Source of the DNA: Nitrosopumilus sp.
Lineage (GTDB): Archaea; Thermoproteota; Nitrososphaeria; Nitrososphaerales; Nitrosopumilaceae
Assembly: GCA_965204345.1 (NCBI GenBank)
Contig: OZ241981.1
Location: 800,001 to 864,000 of the forward strand
DNA length: 64,000 bases
Direction of reading: 5' to 3'
The notes beneath the pieces are model-generated. The model had not been told where the DNA came from. It did no database searches and saw only the letters and a list, made by a program, of their open reading frames with translations. Both the position numbers and the translations under genes were made by a program. Below are positions 61,827-64,000 of the stretch, one piece after another (position 1 is the first letter of the stretch; each line of letters starts with the position of its first letter).

Positions 61827-63242
61827 TTATTTTTCTACAGGATCTAAATCATCAGATTCGATTTCTACTGTAGCTTCTGCCTCAGGTGTCTCTACTGTAG
61901 CTTCTGCCTCAGGTGTCTCTACTGTAGCTTCTGCCTCAGGTGTCTCTACTGTAGCTTCTGCCTCAGGTGTCTCTACTGTAGCTTCTGCCTCAGGTGTCTC
62001 TACTGTAGCTTCTGCCTCAGGTGTCTCTACTGTAGCTTCTGCCTCAGGTGTCTCTACTGTAGCTTCTGCCTCAGGTGTCTCTACTGTAGCTTCTGCCTCA
62101 GGTGTCTCTACTGTAGCTTCTGCCTCAGGTGTCTCTACTGTAGCTTCTGCCTCAGGTGTCTCTACTGTAGCTTCTGCCTCAGGTGTCTCTACTGTAGCTT
62201 CTGCCTCAGGCTCTTTTGCCTTTTTAGCTGCCTTTTTGGTAGTTGTCTTTTTGGTAGTCTTTTTTGTCTTTTTCTCAACTTCTTCAGGATCAACTATGCC
62301 TGCTTCACCTAGAGCAAAGATTACTTCCTCTTCAGGATGATGAGGACTGTCCACCATTCGGGCAATTCGTTTTTTGCCAGATTTCTTAAAGTAAATTCTA
62401 TAGGTACTTGTATGTGCAACTACATTTCCACCAATTGGGCGAGTTGGATCTCCAAAGAAGACATCAGGGGATGCCATGACTTGGTTTGTTGCAATTGCAG
62501 CGCAGTTGTATGTTTCTGCAATTCTAGACAACAAATGAACAAAATGATTCAGTTTTTGTTGTCTAACAGATAGTGTTCCTCTACCAAGATATTCAGCACG
62601 GAACAATCCAACTGCAGAATCTGCAACAATGAGTTTGACGTTGTTTTCTTCAATTACAGGACCAGCTTCTTCTAAAATCAACACTTGATGTGCACTGTTA
62701 TATGCACGAGCAACTATGATGTTATCTAAAACTTTTTCAGGATCCATATCATGGGCTTGAGCAATTGCCACAATTCTTTCAGGTCTGAAAGTATTTTCAG
62801 TATCAATATACAAAACAGAGCCTTCAAGGCCGCCTTCTTCTTTGGTTTTTTGAACCATGACAGACAAGGTATGTGCAAATTGTGTTTTGCCACAACCAAA
62901 TTCTCCATAGACTTCAGTTAATGCCTGGGTTTCAATGCCACCATCAAAGAGAGTATCTAAACAATTGGTACCAGTTGTAATTTTACCAATACTTTGTCTG
63001 TATTTGTAAATCTCACTTGCACTTACAAAATCTTTGGCAATTAATCCACCTTCAACTAAGTGTTGCCTGGCTTTGTTTACAATTTTTTCAGCAGTATCTT
63101 TTTCCATTCCAGTGATATCTGCAATTTCAACAGGTCCCCTAACGATGAGGTCCATGACGTTGTGGATACCTGCATCGGATAATTTTCTTGTAGTTACAGG
63201 ACCTACGCCCTCTAAACTATCTAATCTTAAATCTTCTACCAT
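61827..63242 (-). CDS. radA: DNA repair/recombination protein RadA with repeat-expanded C-terminal tail
   Basis: HhH N-domain, GEFGCGKTQ, YIDTENTFRPER, IVADS, TNQV, GGNVVAH. Confidence 0.96.
   Translation of the reverse strand: MVEDLRLDSLEGVGPVTTRKLSDAGIHNVMDLIVRGPVEIADITGMEKDTAEKIVNKARQHLVEGGLIAKDFVSASEIYKYRQSIGKITTGTNCLDTLFDGGIETQALTEVYGEFGCGKTQFAHTLSVMVQKTKEEGGLEGSVLYIDTENTFRPERIVAIAQAHDMDPEKVLDNIIVARAYNSAHQVLILEEAGPVIEENNVKLIVADSAVGLFRAEYLGRGTLSVRQQKLNHFVHLLSRIAETYNCAAIATNQVMASPDVFFGDPTRPIGGNVVAHTSTYRIYFKKSGKKRIARMVDSPHHPEEEVIFALGEAGIVDPEEVEKKTKKTTKKTTTKKAAKKAKEPEAEATVETPEAEATVETPEAEATVETPEAEATVETPEAEATVETPEAEATVETPEAEATVETPEAEATVETPEAEATVETPEAEATVETPEAEATVETPEAEATVETPEAEATVEIESDDLDPVEK
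61864..62210 (-). repeat. Perfect 27-bp tandem repeat, ~13 copies (PEAEATVET)
   Basis: TCTACTGTAGCTTCTGCCTCAGGTGTC x12 plus 23 nt, no variation seen. Confidence 0.97.
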
Positions 63243-63273
63243 ACCGTATAGTACGGTACTAGTACTTTATAAG
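63242..63273 (-). promoter_or_regulatory. radA promoter: TATA box with overlapping palindromes over the start site
   Basis: TACCGTA-TAG-TACGGTA (63242-63258), GTACTAGTAC (63256-63265), CTTTATAAG (63265-63273). Confidence 0.55.
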
Positions 63274-63637
63274 CTTATTGTTCAAGGTACACTATTCCAA
63301 ACTCGGGACATTTGCACCTAGTGTTCAATTCGGGATATGGAATCTAACCTGATCCAATATCTAATTTTATTTCGCTTTCAATGTTTTTGATATGAATACA
63401 ACATTGTCGCTTTTTGTTATGATTTTTTTTAGTTGTGTATAGTAGCATCTATTTTGTTGTAAAATGAAAGTCACAGAGCCATTACATTAAGACAAGATTA
63501 GCACATTGGATTGAACATATCATTGCTGAGACATTGCTAATTTTACTAATTGATGGATTTGTTGCACATAAGCAATCAAGATAAACAGCAATAAAAAATA
63601 TTTTTATTAATGATGTACCAAAAAATAGGTTAGTTTA

Positions 63638-64000
63638 ATGTCGCATAAAATCAAATTGTTTTACATCGATGATAACTCACTAAAGCAATTGGGAGAGTTG
63701 CTAAGCAATGAAACGAGTAGAAGTATAATTAAAGCATTAATTGAAAAAGAACATTATACAAATGAGCTTGCTGAAAAACTAGGCATACAAGTGAGTCTAG
63801 TAATACATCATCTCAAAAAATTAGAGGAGTTAAACCTAGTTAATGTAACAAAAAAACGTATTGTAAAAAAGGGAGTTGAACGCAGATTTTTTAGAATAAA
63901 ATCCGACATTTTCATAACAAAGACAACAAAAGAAGGCGATTCCAAAATAGAAGGATTTAAAAAAATCTTCAATGATGGCATAAAATTTGTTGCAATAGGC
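63638..64000 (+). CDS. ArsR-type HTH regulator, truncated by window end
   Basis: LKQLGELLSNETSRSII...YTNELAEKLGIQVSLVIHHLKKLEELNLV. Confidence 0.85.
   Translation, partial: MSHKIKLFYIDDNSLKQLGELLSNETSRSIIKALIEKEHYTNELAEKLGIQVSLVIHHLKKLEELNLVNVTKKRIVKKGVERRFFRIKSDIFITKTTKEGDSKIEGFKKIFNDGIKFVAIG

Noticed and set aside
61864-62210. CRISPR-like array
   Set aside because: No spacers; in-frame tandem repeat within radA.

Overview
Core-genome segment of an ammonia-oxidising archaeon (Nitrososphaerota/Thaumarchaeota, Nitrosopumilus-like). The assignment rests on type IB topoisomerase, the 3-hydroxypropionyl-CoA synthetase/dehydratase pair of the 3HP/4HB carbon-fixation cycle, split MetH, divergent FtsZ, L31e/L39e/L21e, Rpo4, RadA, proteasome alpha, a LysW-dependent Arg/Lys cluster, an intron-containing tRNA-Met and tRNA-Ser(GCT). 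Accessory material lies at four places: the left edge, an orphan DNA methyltransferase at 37.9-39.0 kb, the region after tRNA-Met (44.4-47.2 kb), and a decayed AT-rich island at 50.4-55.3 kb that keeps only a His-rich ZnuA-like gene. Most notable: (1) an edge-truncated GHKL/MORC-type ATPase, missing from the ORF track, with an AbiEi/DUF6577-like tail, preceded by a perfect 36-bp repeat / 35-bp spacer / 36-bp repeat unit and a TGCGAA inverted repeat; (2) two LysW carriers, the lysine-branch copy ending in EDWGQ rather than EDWGE; (3) a 13-copy perfect 27-bp tandem repeat in the RadA tail and a composite repeat in L31e; (4) a small membrane protein resembling part of an ammonium transporter; (5) several operator-like palindromes over TATA boxes. 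All family calls are by motif recognition, not database search.
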